Assembly (NCBI GenBank): GCA_002256025.1
Contig: NKIB01013681.1
Coordinates: forward strand, 1-53,714
Length of the DNA: 53,714 nt
Direction: 5' to 3'
Source: Asterionella formosa
Lineage: Eukaryota
Shown here piece after piece: positions 49,625 to 53,714 of the stretch; position 1 is the first letter of the stretch; every line of letters begins with the position of its first letter. The notes below the pieces were generated by a model. It saw only the letters and a program-made list of their open reading frames with translations, was not told where the DNA came from and ran no database searches. Both the position numbers and the translations under genes were made by a program.

Positions 49625-50050
49625 GGAACAATGTTTGTCACAAGCAAGTCTCTAAGTGCTGTGGCGAAACCAAGATACGACACTACCAGGAAGATGATAT
49701 TTGATGGCAGAATAGGAATTTTGCCATTCATTAAACTTGTTCCTGCACACAGGACGAGGTCAGCAAACAGAGACAGGAGGGGTGTTCTTGAAATGAAACT
49801 ACTGAATGTTACAAAAGAAGGTTTTGCAGACAGATTATAAAATGAGCGAAGCAATTCCAGCAATCCAAGCAAAGTGGCCAAATGAAGATGGAACTCTTGA
49901 ATCCAGATACAAACTGTGGTACTATGCCTTCAACGTGATAATGCGATGACTTATGTCTGCAAATTAAAAGTATCAAGCATATAGGATCAAGAGCATACTT
50001 ATCGAAATGTCATCCACATAGCTAGGAGTGTTAATTATTTGGTACTTCAC
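49625..50050 (+). mobile_element. Decayed Tc1/mariner transposase fragment (plant/oomycete DD39D-like)
   Basis: AVAKPRYD...FDGRIGILPF...PAHRT.SANR...LEMK..NVTKE, then in shifted frames EAIPAIQAKWP, LQRDNA and a degenerate PHS*EC/NYLVL resembling PNSPDxNxLDL; stops and frameshifts present. Confidence 0.8.
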
Positions 50051-50599
50051 ATGTATAAATGCCACTCTTCACGTATACAAGGTAACTTTTAACAGTTTCA
50101 CGTGAAGTTTCGAGAAGAAACATTGAACTCAAGACTGAATTCAGTTTAAGGTTCAACCAAGCAAGATCCTGCTCTTGTGAATAATTGATTTACAACACGC
50201 ACTGCTTACATATACGAAAATAGCAACGATATTTGTGGTGACTGAAATCATGCCTTTAATACCAAAGTATTATGGTTCTGCACATCACATAAATAACATA
50301 CACTTTTCCGGTAAACAAGCTAATTGTTAGTATAATGTGGTGTGTGCTTTTGAAATTTCTTGCTTGATGCCGATCCTCAATGAAATCGCCCATATACACA
50401 TTATACTCATGTAATTTTCGTCATATGAATGCATATTTTGATGGCATCCTCTCTGAAATTGCCCCATACACATGATCCTTTTGTTGTTTGCCTCAAAGTG
50501 CATAAATATAGATTCCATCAGGACAACCACCGCCTATATAAATGTTACGAGAAAAGAACTATCGAAAAAAAGGCCTTTGTCCAGTATTCCCCTCAAATG

Positions 50600-51112
50600 A
50601 TCAAACTTCACTCCAAGTTCAACAAAGAAGTGCTAAATATGCATCAAAATTTTCTCCTGGGTCAGCGAGTTTACATAGTCTTGGAGAGCAAAATGGGTGG
50701 GAGCTACCTGTACCCCATCGACCAGGGTCGTGTTTGGGATCGATGTAGCCTTGAAGGTTTAACGAAAAAATCATGGCTGTAAACGTGACGCCAAGCATGG
50801 CAATCATCACAATGGCAGACATTGCAAATTGGTTGAAATTCGAACTGGTTGTTTCAAGCTGACAGTTTTGTGGCAAAGGCCCAAGTCGACCCAGAGTAAT
50901 GGCTTGGGAATTTAGAAGACTTTGTTACAGGAATTTCATGGTGGTCGGCTCTCACAAATTGTCTCATCTTTGGTCTCACGTCCGGTCGAATGCGAGAGTA
51001 CCCAGAGTACTGGCTTGGGAATGTGGAAGATATTGTTACTATGAATTTCATGGTGGTTGGTTCTCACAAAATGTCTCATCTTTGGCTTCACGTCCTGTCA
51101 AATGCGAGAGTA
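50600..51112 (-). pseudogene. Anoctamin/TMEM16-like gene fragment with a 111-bp tandem duplication
   Basis: TM segment SAIVMIAMLGVTFTAMIFSLNLQGYIDPKHD...HPF...LADPGENFDA recalled as similar to stramenopile anoctamins; flanked by stops and frameshifts; duplicated units at 50890-51000 and 51001-51112. Confidence 0.4.
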
Positions 51113-51975
51113 TTTTCCTGGATTTTACCATAATGACGATTCGGGTCACTTGCGTTTGACAAAAGGCAATTGATTTACCGTGTGAGGTAGTAAAATGGGA
51201 ATGAACTGAAGTTTAGACTTTGGTCAAAAAACCGGCCTTCTAACCGGACATATTTCTATTAATATCATCATAAGTGTCCAGCAGATGACTAAAGATGACT
51301 CATTCTGTTTAACGGATATTCAGTATGCGACAAGTATGAGCAGGAACCATGCCACGGGACGACTAGCACACATACCGGTACAATGGTGCTGACCTGCCTG
51401 ATTCGTGACACATGGAAATAAGATGCAGGCTCAGCGCGAACCTTGTGCCAGTTGTCTTTACATGTAGTTGTTGATACAGTCATCACAGTCTTTTCGGAGT
51501 GAGGGCATAAGATGTCCGAAGAAGTCATTACCTGTTGAAGGAGAATAAGTGATTAATTATGACGTGGACGTGGTTCTTGTTCACAAAGTTGATAAGTAGG
51601 AAAATTTCATAAGAACGTCATTATGTCGTCACCATATTCTCGTTTGCTACGTAAGTGTCATTGTTTTGCGGGAATCCGAGGAAATCTTTCCTTTTATGTA
51701 TGATGTGCCGAAGAAGTCATTTTAAAAATCCACTACAGTATCTTTAGGCTACCAAGCAGTTTTGCAACGTACGGGTACTGTGTTTCATCGATCGCGGTAT
51801 TCACTTCAACACAATTACAGGTATGTCACAAGAGGATCGTGCACTCCAAAAACAAATTGCTGAATTTGTACGCGAGCAGGACGGTGACTAATCGGATTTT
51901 TTTATGAAGCTCTCACAAAACGCGAAAAACTTTGTCAATCAATCAACACACGTTTTGGCAGCCGCAACAAGAACT

Positions 51976-52746
51976 ATGATGCCTGTTGGAATGCGGTACG
52001 TTATCAAATCTTATGAGGAAGCCCCCGTGTGGTATACGGTTGTGAGCGATGGGTGCTACAGAGAATCTTTGCTTCTCCAATAATGTGACTACCGGTATCT
52101 AACTGTTGCTTATTCGCAACGTCTTATCAGGTCTCCCTTGATTTCCCCTGCCTTCATCTGTTTTTGCTTTTGTTTGGTTGGGAATATTTTCTTCAAGCTT
52201 GTAGCACTGATTTGTCCACCAATGTTGACAAAAACTATCCCATCAGAACAAAACCATCTAAATCATCCATTCATCGAACAGGAAACGGTCCCAAACTGGG
52301 CTTTGTTGGTCCTTTGTGGCATACTACCGATTCTGTGCTTTGCTGTCTTTGATTGGTTCGTCTATCCCCATGATGCTGACGCCCTTCCGAGATGCTGCAC
52401 GCTGTTTCTAGCCATCGGACTGACAGGTTTTGTCACCGATTTTCTCAAGTTATGCTGTCGCCAACCTAGGCCCAACTTTTACGAAATGGTTATGTTCGAT
52501 GAACAAAATGCTTACATGTCATTTCCTTCTGGTCACTCCAGCCTATCCTTCACTGCCATGCTGCTCGTATCATTGTGTTTTGTGGAAAAGTTCCGTAATG
52601 CGCCATATTGTCTCACTTTTAGCCCAATGTTGGTGGCATCCCTGGTTGCATGGAGCCGCGTCCAGGATCGTTGGCATCATCCTGTCGATGCTTATGCTGG
52701 TGCCGTCATCGGCATTGCTTCTGTTATGAAATCTCGTAAAAAATAA
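51976..52746 (+). CDS. PAP2-family lipid phosphate phosphatase; exons 51976-51995 and 52131-52746
   Basis: C1 KLCCRQPRP, C2 SFPSGH, C3 SRVQDRWHH; ETVP motif; multiple TMs; GTACGT...CAG intron restores an ATG start. Confidence 0.9.
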
Positions 52747-53714
52747 TGCATTATCAAATGTGATGTGGTATGATTCCCCTGGTGTTGTGATGGATTCTAC
52801 AGAAATCCTTCTTGTCTCCATTAACATAACCCACTATTACTGTTTCTCAGCGTCTCATCCAGGTGTAGACAGTAGGTTAGGGCATGGCAGGTCAAACATG
52901 CAACTGATCATGCCATTCATACGACCTTTGTCTCTCAAACCATCGACCACCATAGCAGAAACGTCTCATCGATGTGAGGCTCTTGATGCATACCGCATAC
53001 GCATACCATCCGATAAGTCAACATATTGTTTGGGCAATCGCTCGCCACCTTTGCTGTGCTACTTGTCGCAGGGCTCAGCTTTCCGGTGATGCATTCTTCC
53101 CACAGATCTTTGCTTCCGAATCAGACGAACGACACGATTCCCAACCTCTGTTGACGACCAAATTACCAAATTCGCCAAGCGTCAGCAGCCCTCCAACGAG
53201 CCTCTTCGGATGGCTTCATCGCCACTCCGTCCGCCTATTAGTACCTGCCATTGGAGCGACGGGACTCGACGACTGGCCCGGTGGTGCTCGTCAAATGATG
53301 GAAGCGGCTACAGCAAAACTCGTCCCTTGATGCAGCGTGTCCTGGAGAACTTGGGAGCACTGAGTGTATCGACTTCCATGCTGGAGGAATCGTCCGATGA
53401 TGGGGTGTATGCCTTGTATTTTGTATTCTCAACCAAAGGCGGCCAAGGACGATGCTTGCCATTGTCTTGCTGCCGTCGTCGGATTCAGTAAGTGTGTGCG
53501 TCCCAGGGCTGAGTGTCGGAGAAATCCCGGCCGGGATTCAAACTTCTCAATTCTACGACGAATATTGTCTGCGCGTACAAACAAGGTTGTCAAGATTTAG
53601 TACTGCGTGCATATTAGTTCAGTCGAACTAATCAATCTTGAATAATATTCCAGCCAAAATCCCGTATTGAAATGCTGTGAGAATTTGAACAGCATTGATT
53701 GCCAAGAACTATAT

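Overview
Eukaryotic nuclear DNA with short GT-AG introns; gene content and style (type II membrane LRR protein, Gln-rich HSF, AxAF-type leader) point to a diatom or related stramenopile (inference). About 14 credible protein genes: PA2G4/EBP1, RPL17, an HSF-type factor, an unknown membrane protein, ADE2 (PurK-PurE fusion), a C1GALT1-like GT31, a membrane-anchored acidic protein, NAA25, an LRR membrane protein, a rhomboid protease, PCNA, a multi-KH protein and a PAP2 phosphatase, plus one doubtful ORF. The intergenic DNA holds the most interesting material: a complete ~620 bp TRIM-like mini LTR retroelement, a multi-copy tRNA-derived SINE-like family, a decayed plant/oomycete-type mariner transposase, a palindromic ~102 bp repeat array, a decayed His-rich 32-aa repeat ORF, an anoctamin-like pseudogene fragment, and recurring GGTACC-palindrome clusters next to genes. 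Four introns are unusually long and show nested base-pairing (PA2G4, RPL17 5'UTR, HSF, KH gene), so they are candidate ncRNA hosts or regulatory structures. No CRISPR, rRNA or intact tRNA was seen, and I cannot claim a wholly new multi-gene system. All family calls are by eye, without database searches.
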